This document shows positions 13,506 through 30,920 of a DNA stretch of 64,000 nt, piece by piece. The notes under the pieces are model-generated. The model saw only the letters and a list, made by a program, of their open reading frames with translations. It had not been told where the DNA came from and did no database searches. The stretch comes from the human T2T-CHM13v2.0 reference genome, Homo sapiens. The translations under genes and the position numbers were made by a program. The stretch is from NCBI RefSeq assembly GCF_009914755.1, contig NC_060926.1; one strand, given 5' to 3'. Every line of letters begins with the position of its first letter. Within the stretch, counting starts at the first letter, position 1.

Positions 13506-15688
13506 GCCACAGCCTGCTCTCTGCATGATTCTTGCTGGTGGATGTCCTGAGCCAGGTTGTTGGGGAAAGAGAAAAGAATGAGCCCCTTCATGGGGAAGCA
13601 AACAATATTGAGAGGGGCTGCAGAATTGTGTAGAAAGTTGGAAGATATTGAACCCCCAGTGAGGGACAGGCAGGGTAGAACATGAAAGAGAGGGGAGGTG
13701 AGATCAAAATTGCTGTGTTGCCCATGGTTCCCCTGAGATGTGAATACCTGTACTTTGAATTCCTCACTCCTGGGGATCTAAACCCTTGGGGGCATTTTGC
13801 CTCCATTTCCATGCATATCACTGAAGGCCTTTCTAATAGCGTGTTACCAGAAGACCTTGCACGAGTCAGTGTTCTGGACTGTGAGCAACAACTCAGGCAG
13901 GGAGTGGAGAAGGGCAGGACCATGAGATGGACTGGAGGAGCAGGAGGGTAAGCTGACAAGAGGGTGCTCTGTCAATGTTACCTGAGGCAGGACTGATTGT
14001 AGGAGAGCAATGGAGCTTAGAGGAAACTGCAGATGCAAGCACTGTGATGATATTCTTGGATCCATCAGAGACAATTTCCAGGGGAAGCAAAAGATCCAAG
14101 GAAGCAATGTCACAAAAAGGCAGATGTCTCTGCATTGTGATCCATGCCAGGGTCTCAGACCTTGCTGGTTGATTACATCATCCCTGTGATAAAGCAGTCA
14201 AGCAAATGTGTAGTCACCAGAATTCAGCATTTAAATGTTATTGCTATTTTTAAGGCTTACAGGTTGACATAGATTCAGTTCTGACTTGTGCACCCTGCGT
14301 TTATTAAAACAATTAAGTCTGTCTTACCTCCCCCAACTCTGTCCTTCTATCCTTCTGTGTTTGTTTTATTTTTTCAAGAGGGCAATATTACGCACCCAGT
14401 TCACACACATCAGCCAGAAATTTTCATTCACCTACTGCCATTTTGCAGTCTCAAGTGAAAGCAATGGTAATCAAGTTATGGGCTGGAAATGTGATTCCTC
14501 TGTGGGTAACCAGGATGTTCCTGAGTAGCTGCTTCAGAGAGGGGCCAGGATGGGGCATACATCATCTGAACAGTGGGCCAGGTCTGGCAGCTGGTTCTTC
14601 ACTGAAGCTATCACTTATTGCCATGGTTCCCAGTGGCAGCGTCAATAAGATCTCAGGGAAGGATAAACGGGAATGTAATAAATGGTGCAGCTGAAATAAA
14701 TGCAAATGGAAAATCTGCAGGATCATCTGCCCAGGAGCAGCAGGTGAAAGCAAAGATAGAAACTCGATGCTTTCAATTAATAGACTGGCTAGTTGTAGGC
14801 GGGTAATTCCATTGTTAGAAACTGCCTGTTGTCACAATCCTGATACAGTAATGACTTCTTTTATTCCCTATAAAGCTGAAGATGTCAGAAACTAAAAATT
14901 TCCATAGCATAAATCATGCCTTTTTCAGCTTGTGACAGCCACTGTCTCAAACTCAATTAGTCATTGTGCACAAGGAAAGCCGAGATCATCACAGATTCAC
15001 ACATGCTTAATGGATAAAGCATGACTGGGGAGAGATTTCCTCTGTTTAATTTCTGCTGTTCGTGTTCATTGGTAGATCACATGGCTATTAAAATAAATAG
15101 GGCAGTGGAAGTTTCTTTTGGGCAGGGTTAAGCAGATGTTCTTCATTTAAAAAGATTGAATGCATTTTATCCTAGAGAGAAAATTTGGGAGGCAGAGGAA
15201 ATGAAAGGCATCAGAGGGTATAAAGAGTGTTTATTTAGAAAGCTTGTCTCATTGCTTGAATGCAGACCCTTCCCATTGGGATACCTATCTCTGAACCTCA
15301 GAATGTGAGCACCAGAACAAAGCCAGACCTCTGGAGGACCAAAGGGCTGACTCAGATGCTTCTGGGGAAAATGCTGAGCAAGAGACGAGGATTGTTTTTA
15401 CTGATACTAGAAAACTGGAATTGCCTGGACTTCTTTCGCAATTTCTTACACAGTGATGTCTCCGCTACCTGTGTCTCTTGGAGTACCAATCATCATCATT
15501 TAAAAAAATACCAAATGATGGGTTTTTTTTTGTGTGTGTGTGTGTGTGGTTTCTTAATGCTGTAGCACTGGTTGGGTCTAGACTAGAGTTGTGAATACAA
15601 CTGAAGTCTGGGAAGCAGTTTTAAAAAGTACTTCTTCTTCTTCTTTTTTTTTTTAAATAGCTCAAACTATTTATCTAAATCTTTCTAA

Positions 15689-16332
<644 letters not shown>

Positions 16333-16335
16333 TTG

Positions 16336-16407
16336 TTTTTAAATTTTAAATTTTAAAATTAAATTTAAAACATTTTAAATTAAATATTTAAAATTTAAAA
16401 TTTGAAA
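16336..16407. repeat. AT-rich quasi-palindromic low-complexity tract
   Basis: Alternating TTTT/AAAA blocks. Confidence 0.85.
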
Positions 16408-16724
16408 CCATGGGGCCTATTTTTAAACACAGTCAAGGGCAATGTTGTATAGAAAGAGGTTCTTAGGATCACAGCAGTCTTCCTCATGGGTTTATGAAAA
16501 TGTTTTGAGGAGTCCAAATATCTAGGAGGTGGTTAAGGGCAGGGATTACTCCTATTTTAATCTGCAAAAACTGAGGCTCATGGGGCTGAACAGTTAGTAC
16601 CAAGTTCTAGATCTCCTAAATCTCAGGCCTGACTCCTTATAGGAGAGGCCAATGTTGCCCAGATAAATAACTGGGGAGTGGATTAGGTGTGGGGTCAAGG
16701 CTAAGGCTGAATACCTTCCTATCA

Positions 16725-16794
16725 TTAGCACTGAAAGTCCTATGGCCTGGGAAACCCCTCAATCATAGGCAAACTGGGACAGTGGGTCACCCTA
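16725..16794 (-). mobile_element. MER81-like hAT-Blackjack MITE fragment
   Basis: ttagcactgaaagtcc...ggaaacccctca...ggcaaactgggacagtgggtcacccta. Confidence 0.75.
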
Positions 16795-17149
16795 CTGCAA
16801 GATCGCAGTTGGCCTATCTCAGATGTCACGTACATCTCTAGATCCTTTCTCTTCTGTAATCTTAAGTGTGTTTGGAAGCTGGCTCTTAACCATGTGTTAC
16901 CAATTAAACTCCTAAAAGTTCAGATTTGAGATTTCTGTGTGATTCTGGGTTATATTTTTCTGACAGGTCTAACAATCCTCTTGGGTGCTTTATCTCCTGA
17001 AAAAAAAAACAAACATGTCTGGGCCGCTGAAGTCACCCTGATTCCTCTCTATGGGCCCAACAGGCTCATTTGATTCACAAACTTGTGTAGATGAATCTGA
17101 GAGATGAATATCTGTTGTTCTCTCTGGCTTGGAGCATATGAGATGCCAT

Positions 17150-17282
17150 ATGACAATCTTTTCTTCTAAAGAATGGGGATAATAATTATCAACCTCATAG
17201 AGTTGTTTTAAGTATTAAGGTAATATAAGAAAGGTGCTTAGAATAGGGACAAGCACATAGTAAATATTCAATAAGTATTAGG
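17150..17282 (+). mobile_element. MIR 3' part
   Basis: aatggggataataa...acctcatagagttgtt...gtgcttagaatag...gcacatagtaa. Confidence 0.7.
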
Positions 17283-19006
17283 AAAAAGAAAAACTTAAAT
17301 AGTACTATAGAAATATAGGCTATTGACTGAATTGTCATTGTCATTGTATTCGGCAAATTCTCATGATAGAGGATTTTCAGTCTGTGGAGAAAACATATTA
17401 GAGGTTAAAATTAAAGTCTTTCAGAGTAAGTGAGGACTTCCCCAGGGAAACCCAACCTGGGAGTCAGATGGCATAGGTCCCCCACAATTAAAACATGCAT
17501 TCTTATATATTCTTACGTGCTTGGGAAGCCACTAAGCTGTGCCTGTAAACTAGCCAAACTTCAGAGCTCTAGCTTTGTGTGGTGGCCTGTGGGTGAGGAT
17601 TCTACCACCAGAGGGAGTTGAAGACCCAATTCAAACTGGATTAAGCAACTAGGAAATTAAATTGCTCATGTAACTGGAAGTCTAGAAGATCATGCAACTG
17701 ATCTTCAGGGTTAATAGTGGCTTTAGAGTATAATGCCAAACTCATTGAAGTTCTCTACCATTCAAGATGTCAGCTGTGAGAAATGAGGGGATCAGAACCA
17801 AGTGTTAATCCTTTCTCCCAGCAGAGATCAGAGAGCTAGGAAAGGTGGGGATAGGGGCTGCGGAGGCCCGTCTCTTATCTGGAGAAGCCAGGGTACCCAA
17901 ACTCAGAAGCGTATGGAATCTAGCGTCAGTGGGGAAGGAAGGTCACCATAGTAAGCAGGGCTTGAGGTAGATTTCAAGAGTGGGGGTATAAAGGTCATGG
18001 AACTCAACATGTGAGGAGATGAGAGCAGTCATGGACAGGTTAATTAGATTTGAGATGGGGACTACTGTTTGGGCTGGGTGCTGCATGTTTGTTCATTCCC
18101 TCAGTGCACTGTAGATGGAGGGTGTGCCGGTAATATTTAAAGAACAAGGGTGGATTCACCTGAGAAACAGTTCAGGGCAGGGCTTTCCTTCCAGTAGGGG
18201 AATAAGAATGCATTCACGTAGAGATTGGAGGGTGATTCTTTCTTGCTCCAAGGATCTCAGGTGGGTACTTCTTTCCCAGGAATGCTGCACCTGGGCTAAG
18301 GGCAGCAAGCCCAATCCTGGACCCTGTATAAGTAGGACTGGAGTTCCTAACTCACTGCCAGGCTTGAAGCAGGGGCTAGTTCTTCATGAGAGACTGGCAA
18401 GATATTTGCTCACCTTCTTACTTTTCTCAGAAGGTAAATTAAAATTTGTTAGGGCTCATAATTCCCAATGCTAGGGTCCTTTCCCATCTCAGTTACTGGT
18501 TTCTTTGCTTACCAGTGTACCAGAATTAATTTACCTGTAACACGGGGCATGTTCTACTCATCGTGGCAAAGGAAGCCAGCAGAGACAGAACACGTGGGCT
18601 GAAACTATGGTTATAAGTCACTGAGTTGTATTCTGTCCAAAATACTTAAAAGTAGATGGCCAAACTTCATTAAGTATAGAATGTTTGAAAATAGCCTTTC
18701 CAAGAAGGGAAAAATTTTCTTGAATGTAAGGATTATCAAGGAATTGGATGCTACAGAGGAGGAATTGTCAGAAAGGAGGCATCGAGACAGGTTTTGTCAT
18801 ATAAGCCAGAAATTGATCCTGGGAGTTTTTTCCAGAAAATGGTTTTCTAAATGTTTTTAAAAATAGCAATGTAAATGAATCAACTTGATCATCCATAATC
18901 TCAAACATTTGTCATTTTGAGGGGTAGCACTCAGGCTAACACACGGTAGTCTGACATGTTTGTATAAAAACATTCTAATTACTTTCTTATACCTTATTTT
19001 AGAACC

Positions 19007-19180
19007 TAATTTAAATTTAAATTTTCTAAACTTTATATTAGGCATGCATCAAAAATATGCATCAATTTTTCTAAAATTTAAACTAGAAAAATGTTTAAAT
19101 TTAATTTAGATTTTTCTAAATTTTAATTTAAATTTTAAATTAGAGGTTTAAATTTTAAAAAAATAGATGCATATGTTAGG
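19007..19180. repeat. AT-rich patchwork of direct and inverted micro-repeats
   Basis: Repeated aatttaaa, ttttctaaa, atgcatc and their reverse complements. Confidence 0.8.
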
Positions 19181-19951
19181 TGCCCAATGTAAATTTTTGC
19201 TTATTTATCTGTTTTTGATGAACAAATACTCCCACATTCTCTTCAGTCTGCATTGATTTTCTGGGCTGGTTGCACTGAATTTGTAGTCAGAAAGTAATTG
19301 AAAGTTGTAATGGGGTGCCATCTACTGGGGAAATAGAACATAGATTAAAAAACAGAATTGATAGGCGTTCCCACTGCAAAAAAGAATGTGATGAATATGA
19401 TGTAAAAGAAAACATGAAAAAAGATGGGAAGTTTACATTTTGCATAAGACTAGAAAAATTTTATTTGAACTCAAATATGCTTCTTTGATATACTACTTTG
19501 TTTTAACACTAGCACAGACACTAGATATCAAAAGAAACCCTCTGTTTATACTTAAAATCCGAAAACTTTCAAATGGCTGAGATCTTTGAGACCAACCAGT
19601 TCAACACCCTCATGTTACAGATGAGAAACGGGCTCAGAGAGGAGAAGGGATTCATCAACTCTCTCCAGTTAGGTAATGCGGACATTTATATCCTCTCCTC
19701 ACCAAGATGGTCCTCACTTAGATGAAGTAGCCATTTGGCAAAACATAATGATATAAAGGTCACCAAGAAGTTATCCAGGGCCAAACAGAACACCTCTCTG
19801 GCTGACTTGACAGATTGTTAGAAAGCCTCATAATTAGCGTTGCTCCTTTGCATGGGAAGTGATGTTTATTCATTTGTACTGTAAGTTCCCACAGACGCCT
19901 TCAGGACAATAGGATTTTCTCTGATTATTTGCTGTTTACCTGCTTATTTAG

Positions 19952-20284
<333 letters not shown>

Positions 20285-20519
20285 TAGATCTAATTCTAAC
20301 CAAGAGAGGGTGATGAGTGGGAAGAACATTATGAGAATTGATCATGGCTTCCCAAGGCAGTAATATCAGGGAAGAAAGATGGGACTGGTGAGGCATAGAC
20401 CTGGGTTCTAGCATTCAGAGCAAAGTGGGCACTTAGAGGGAAGAGTGTGCGTGAAGGATGGGGAGCTCTCAAAACCACAGTGCTCTGACTCCACAACTGC
20501 AAATACACCCAATAAGGAG

Positions 20520-20985
20520 TGATACGGTTTGGATCTGTGTCCCTGCCAAACCTCAGGTTGAAATGTAATCCCAGTGTTGGAGGTGGGACCTGGTGGGAGG
20601 AGTTTGAATCATGGGGGTGTATCCCTCATGAATTGCTTAGTGCCATCCCCTTGGTGATGAGTGAGTTCGTATGAGATCCAGTTGTTTAAAAGTGTGAGCC
20701 TGGGTGACAGAGGGATACTGTCTCAATAAATAAATAATAAAATAAATAAAAAGTGTGTGGCACCTTCCACTCTCTCTCTCTTGCCCCTGCTCTCACCATG
20801 TGATATGTCGGCTCCTCCTTTGCCTTCTACCATAAGTGTAAGGTCCCTGAGGCCTCCTCAGAAGCCAAGCATCTGCCATGCTTCCTGTACAGTCTGCAGA
20901 ATTGTGAGCCAATGAAACCTCTTTTCTTTATAAATTACCCAGTCTCCTGTGTTCCTTTATAGCAAAGCAAGAACGGCCTAACACA
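20520..20985 (+). mobile_element. MST-type MaLR solo LTR
   Basis: tgatacggtttggatctgtgtcc...ttataaattacccagtctc...ctaacaca; near-TSD aggag/agcag. Confidence 0.9.
20697..20748 (+). mobile_element. Severely 5'-truncated Alu inside the MST LTR
   Basis: agcctgggtgacagag...tctc plus AATA-rich tail; TSD aaaagtgtg at 20688-20696 and 20749-20757. Confidence 0.85.
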
Positions 20986-22281
20986 AGCAGTAATTAAATG
21001 GGTGCTTAGGGAAGCCAGGGCGGCTACACATGTTTTTCTCTGTTGAACTCTGATTTCCAGCGAATACTTAGAAAAGAAACAGGAAGGAGTGCTTGGCCAG
21101 TGATAAGAGGAAGGCTTATGAGAACAGTATTATATAGCCTCTCATTTCCATGAGCTTGTAAGAAATGCTCGGGGCAACAAAACTCAGAAAATTATTTTTA
21201 GAGTAATCCCCACAAGAGGGGGTAGGGAACGGGCCTGCTTCTTTGGAGAGATTCTTGCATGCTGACCAATAATATAAATGCGCTCCTTTACTTCTGTTCA
21301 TCTTCATTTTTTGCAACAAAGAATGATTTTCGAATTGAAAGCATAGAACAAATGTTAATAAAAGGGAATGGAAGTTCAGACTGAAAAAAAGCCATGTCAG
21401 CTAGTAACAGCTACACATTAGAATGCTTCCTACATTCAATATTTTACATATATTATCTCATTTAATCTATACAGTAACTATGGTTTTAGGCACTATCTTA
21501 TTTAGGTATTAGGAACCTCAGAGAGAGAGAGATGAAAGTATTTGTTTACGTTCCCTGTAATAAGGGGAAAGGAAGGCGGCACACAATTTATCCTCAGGCC
21601 ATCTGATCTGGAGCTTGAGAGCAGAGCTGCTCAATTACTGGGCCTCCAGAGTTCCTTTGGGAGGTCAGTCCTCCTGGTGCAGATACAGAACACCCCAGCC
21701 TATGAGAGAACTTGCACTGTGAGCCATGGCAAGGGGCTGCAAATCCAGGAATGGGAAAATGTGTTTCTCTTTTGAAACTTTTCCTAAAAGAGAGAGCGAG
21801 AGCGAGACAGAATAAGGCATATTCTGCACATTGCAAGTTAGTGAGCTTGGTGTAGATGCTGGGTGAAATCCTAAGATAATAGGGTAATAGCCCTAAGTCT
21901 TAAAAGGTTATTGTATAATAAACACCTGGGAAAGGAAGCAACCAATCCAAGCACCCAGTGAGGGTTCGTAACTGTGCCATCATTTACTCATTCAGAAAAT
22001 CCTGACGGCCTACTATGTGCCTGCTGCTGTGGTGGGCACCCTGGCATAATAAACAGGGCCTCCCCTCAACATAATCTCAACTAGTGGAGGGAAGACACGA
22101 TCACTAATGATTGCAATGCTATGGAAACATCAGATAGGTATGGGTTCGTTAGTAGAGATAATGTGCCTCAGGGAGGCACACAAACTAGACTAAAGAGAAA
22201 GGAAGCAGAGAAGGTATCCCAAGGGCTGGGCTCCTTTTCCTTTCATTAAAAACATTTTTTTAAAGTCACTTTGTAAAAATT

Positions 22282-22369
22282 TTAGGCTGAACTATATGAA
22301 CCATATGAAATTGCCATTTTTTAGGCCACAAATAAGCAAATATTGGCAATTTTATATGATCCAATCTAA
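22282..22369. mobile_element. MADE2 mariner-derived MITE
   Basis: Inverted termini ttaggctgaac..catatgaaattgcc / ggcaattttatatgatccaatctaa, with a 9-nt internal duplication. Confidence 0.8.
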
Positions 22370-23084
22370 TCCAAAGTTTTCAAAGTCCAACAACACAACA
22401 GCACTACAAATAGGTTTTAATATGAAATGGGCAGGAGGTCCCTGCTTCGCATCTTCCCACCTCAGACTCCTTTTCCCCAAAGGCTGCCATTCTCAAGTCT
22501 TATAGATAGCTGTTTTTAGCTATTTCCTTCGCTACATATTGCCAAATAATATATGTTACTGTCATTTCTGGATTTTCCATTTTAACTATCTATTGAATTT
22601 CTGCTCTGAGGATGAGGATTTAACACTTATGCCACCCCTATCGTACATGCCTGCATTCTCTGCCCTATCTTACATTACTATATTATAATTTCTAGTGAGA
22701 TCACGCTTCATATTTGCATCATTAATGTCAGGAGGGAACTCATGATATTTTCTTCCATGAGGTGGGATTTCTGCTAAACATTTCTGTGATCTCTCTGCGC
22801 CTTTACTCATTAATTCATTTGCTTCTCTTTAGGGAAGGAAGAGTGGCTTAATCTGGTTAGTGAATTTGGATCACCCCTTTTTCCTTCTGCTCTCTGGAAG
22901 CTATTTAATAGCAAGGGGAGAGTGTTCCTTGCTGCTCCATCTAGGCAGGGAAAGTCCAGCCTTGTCTTGGCTTGGGCAGGGAGTTTGGGGAGCAGTGGGA
23001 ATCTGCCTAATTCTGAGATTCAAGGCTCATTTGGTTCTCATACCTAAACTACATTAGCCAAATAGGCCTTTTTCTTTTTAATAG

Positions 23085-23230
23085 ACAACAGAAATTTATT
23101 TCTCACAGGTCTAGAGGTTGGGAAGTCCAAGATCAAGGCACTGGCAGATTTGGAGTTCTGGTGAGGGTCCACTTCCTAACAGACAGCCATCTTCTCACTC
23201 TAATCTCACATAGTGGAAGCTAGTGAAGCC
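23085..23230 (-). mobile_element. MLT1 MaLR fragment
   Basis: acaacagaaatttatttctcacagg...gaagtccaagatcaagg...ctggtgaggg. Confidence 0.75.
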
Positions 23231-23739
23231 TTTATCACTAGAGGGAAATAAGGGTGAGGTTTTGTCCTTCATCTAAATTTTCTGATTTATTTGCCAATTT
23301 GTTTAAAACTTGGGTGAGAAATAAGAAAATGATTTACCAGTTTCCTTGGAAGGACCCGACAATTATAATTACATACTTTTAAATTTACTCTCCTTTTCCT
23401 ATAGTGTTCTTTGTTTTTTCCTAGAGCTATGAACTGTTTCTGTTTATTTGAATAGCCCATCTGTAAACTCCTGAAGGCTGAAAACACCCCTCTATAAGTT
23501 CAAGTAATCTCTTGCACTCCCCAACGCCAATGCCCCCGCCCGCCACCTTTGAGATGAACCTTTTGGAATCCTCCTACCTTGCTTCCAATCATTTCTGACC
23601 CTTCTCTGGCCCTGAAGCCTGGCTGTTACCCAGAGGCTCCCCTCACCGTCATCCTGGGAATTTGGTTCACTTCTGTGTTTTATCCCTGGCTTCTTGGATT
23701 ACATGACTTCCTGTTTCTTGTCTATATTCTACCCTCACA

Positions 23740-24113
23740 CTTGACTAATGATTTTGCTAAGTATAGAATTCTGTGTTCAACAGAATTTCCCTCAGAACCT
23801 TGAAGGAACTGTTTTCCAGAAGCCCAGTGAGTGTTATGAAATTTCACAATGATGGGCATTTTGCAGGACATCTGGTAGGTCCTTTCTATTTTAGAAACAC
23901 ATTCTTCTTTCTAAGTTCTGAGAAATTTTTTGCATAATTTCTTTTATAATAGTTTCCCTGCATGTTCTCTGATCTCATTTTCCACACCACCCCCTCCTTC
24001 CCTGGAACCCTTGCTGTCCTGATGTTTGACCATCAATCCTCCAATTTTCTTGATTTTTTGCTGTCTTATTTCCCACCTTTTTGTCATTTTGTTTTACTTT
24101 CTATGAGATTTCT
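23740..24113 (-). mobile_element. Ancient L1M fragment hosting the L1PA insertion
   Basis: agtatagaattct...tttccctcagaaccttgaagg, ttctgagaaatttt. Confidence 0.5.
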
Positions 24114-24320
24114 TTTTCTTTTATTATTATAAGTTTTAGGGTACATGTGCACAACGTGCAGGTTTGTTACATATGTATACATGTGCCATGTTGGTGTGCT
24201 GCACCCATTAATTCGTCATTTAACATTAGGTATATCTCCTAATGCTATCCCTCCCCCACCCCCCTACAACAGGCCCTGGTGTGTGATGTTCCCCTTCCTG
24301 TGTCCATGTGTTCTCATTGT

Positions 24321-28137
<3,817 letters not shown>

Positions 28138-28200
28138 TATGATGTTAGCTGCTTATTTTGCTCATTAGTTGATGCAGTTTCTTCCTAGCCTCGATGGTCT

Positions 28201-29219
28201 TTACAATTTGGCATGTTTTTGCAGTGGCCAGTACTGGTTTTTCCTTTCCGTGTTTAGTGCTTCCTTTAGGAGCTCTTTTAGGGCAGGCCTGGTGGTGACA
28301 AAATCTCTCAGCATTTGCTTGTCTGTAAAGTATTTTATTTCTCCTTCACTTATGAAGCTTAGTTTGGCTGGATATGAAATTCTGGCTTGAAAATTCTTTT
28401 CTTTAAGAATGTTGAATATTGGCCCCTACTCTCTTCTGGCTTGTAGAGTTTCCACTGAGAGATGAGCTGTTAGTCTGATGGGCTTGCCTTTGTGAGTAAC
28501 CCAACCTTTCTCTCTGGCTGCCCTTAACATTTTTTCCTTCATTTCAACTTTGGTGAATCTGACAATTATGTGTCTTGGAGTTGCTCTTCTCGAGGAGTAT
28601 CTTTGTGGCTTTCTCTGTATTTCCTGAATTTGAATGTTGGCCTGCCTTGCTAGATTGGGGAAGTTCTCCTGGATAATATCCTGCAGAGTGTTTTCCAACT
28701 TGGTTCCATTCTCCCCGTCACTTTCAGATACACCAATCAGACATAGATATGGTCTTTTCACATAGTCCCATATTTCTTGGTGGCTTTGTTCATTTCTTTT
28801 TACTCTTTTTTCTCTAAACTTCTCTTCTCACTTCATTTCATTCCTTTGGTCTTCCATCACTGATACCCTTTCTTCTGGTTGATTGAATTGGCTACTGAGG
28901 CTTATGCATTCGTCACGTAGTTCTCGTGCCGTGGTTTTCAGCTCCGTCAGGTCCTTTAAGGACTCCTCTGCATTGGTTATTCTAGTTAGCCATTCGTCTA
29001 ATCTTTTTTCCAGGTTTTTAACTTCTTTGCCATGGGTTCGAATTTACTCCTTTAGCTCAGAGAGAAGTTTGATTGTCTGAAGTCTTCTTCTCTCAACTCA
29101 TCAAAGTCATTCTCTGTCCAGCTTTGTTCTGTTGCTGGTGAGGAGCTGCATTCCTTTGGAGGAGGAGAGGCACTCTGATTTTTAGAATTTCCAGTTTTTC
29201 TGCTCTGTTTTTCCCCCAT
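28201..29219 (-). pseudogene. L1 ORF1p, disrupted
   Basis: ATG GGG GAA AAA CAG AGC at 29219; fragment 28426-28761 ENFPNLARQ...PRHIIVRF with premature stop. Confidence 0.92.
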
Positions 29220-30249
29220 ATTTGTGGTTTTATGTACCTTTGTTCTTTGATGATGGTGACGTACAGGTGGGGTTTTGGTGTGGATGTCCTTTCTGTTTGT
29301 TAGTTTTCCTTCTAACAGTCAGGACCCTCAGCTGCAGGTCTGTTGTAATTTGCTGGAGGTCCACTGCAGACCCTGTTTGCCTGGGTATCAGCAGCGGTGG
29401 CTGCAGAACAGCGAATATTGGTGAACAGCAAATGTTGCTGCCTGATCGTTCCTCTGGAAGTTTTGTCTCAGAGGAGTACCCAGCCGTGTGAGGTATCAGT
29501 CTGCCCCTACTGGGGGGTGCCTCTCACTTAGGCTACTCTGGGTTCAGGGACCCACTTGAGGAGGCAGTCTGTCCGTTCTCAGATCTCAAGCTGGGTGCTG
29601 GGAGAACCACTACTCTCTTCAAAGCTGTCAGACAGGGACTTTTAAGTCTGCAGAGGTTTCTGCTGCCTTTTGTTCAGCTATGCCCTGCCCCCAGAGGTGG
29701 AGTCTACAGAGGCAGGCAGGCCTCCTTGAGCTGTGGTGGGCTCCACCCAGTTCGAGCTTCCTGGCTGCTTTGTTTACCTACCCAAGGCTCAGCAGTGGCG
29801 GACGCCCCTCCCCCAGCCTTGCTGCCGCCTTGCAGTTTTATCTCAGGCTGCTGTGCTAGCAGTGAGCGGGGCTCCGTGGGCGTAGGACCCTCTGAGCCAT
29901 GCGCGAGATATAATCTCCTGGTGTGCCGTTTGCTAAGACCATCGGAAAAGCGCAGTATTAGGGTGGGAGTGACCCGATTTTCCAGGTGCCGTCTGTCACC
30001 CCTTTCCTTGGCAGGAAAGGGAATTCCCTGACTGCTTGCACTTCCCAGGTGAGGCGATGCCTTGCCCTTCTTCGGCTCACACTCAGTGCACTGCACCCAC
30101 TGTCCTGCACCCACTGTCTGACAATCCCCAGTGAGATGAACCTGGTACCTCAGTTGGAAATGCAGAAATCACTCATCGTCTCCATTGCTCACCCTGGGAG
30201 CTGTAGACTGGAGCTGTTCCTATTCGGCCATCTTGGCTTGGGCCCACCA
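29220..30249 (-). promoter_or_regulatory. L1 5'UTR with sense promoter, YY1 site and antisense promoter region
   Basis: About 1030 nt, residual CpGs, caagatggcc YY1 motif near 30226-30235. Confidence 0.85.
29795..30031 (+). pseudogene. L1 ORF0 homologue with ATG>GTG start
   Basis: Translation VADAPPPALLPPCSFISGCCAS...GVGPSEP...SEKRSIRVGVTRFSRC matches primate L1 ORF0; frame is open. Confidence 0.8.
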
Positions 30250-30409
30250 TCTATGAGATTTCTAATACTTTACCTTTCAATACATAGCATTTGATTCGAT
30301 TTCCTTGTTTTCAGTTGAACATCTCACCTCTCCCTCATCTGTGCCTTTGGTGCCTGAATCCAGAGCCCAAGTCCTGAGCCCAGTCTGAGGCCTGGCTTCT
30401 GCAGAAAAG

Positions 30410-30448
30410 CACAAAAACAAAAAACAAAAAACAAACAAACAAAAAAAC
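30410..30448. repeat. (CAAAA)n-type A-rich microsatellite
   Basis: cacaaaaacaaaaaacaaaaaacaaacaaacaaaaaaac. Confidence 0.85.
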
Positions 30449-30920
30449 TACCTGTCTCTGGCTGAGGCAGTGGGGTGAGGGTGGAATGCATAATCCAGCT
30501 CCATGGGTTTAGAAGGGGTATTTAACTCCATCTCATGTAAACTTTGAACCAACACTTCTATTTTTAGCCTCATCCCATACCCTGGCCTTCAGAAGTAACT
30601 AATGCTTCTAATTTTGGAAACTTTCTGGAGCTTTTTGCAGTGCCATTAGGCCTCCCTCTTGTCATCCCCCACAGGCTTTAGCTTTCCCAGGTCAGTTAGG
30701 TCACTATGTTACTTACATATCTTCTTTCCAGCTTCCAAAATGGTGTTGACGTCTTCCCTTTGCCGTATTTGTAGTCTGTTCCTCTCTATTATTTGTACAT
30801 GTTGGATTATGCCTTTTAAAAAATTTTTATCACCATTTTATTGAGATTTTCAAGAGATATAAATGAGTGGTTTAATTAATATTCCATATTTAAAGAGAAT
30901 GATCTCTCTCCCTCTCTCTG

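Noticed and set aside
13588-14172. Several overlapping ORFs on both strands
   Set aside because: No recognisable protein similarity; consistent with stop-poor, moderately GC-rich non-coding DNA
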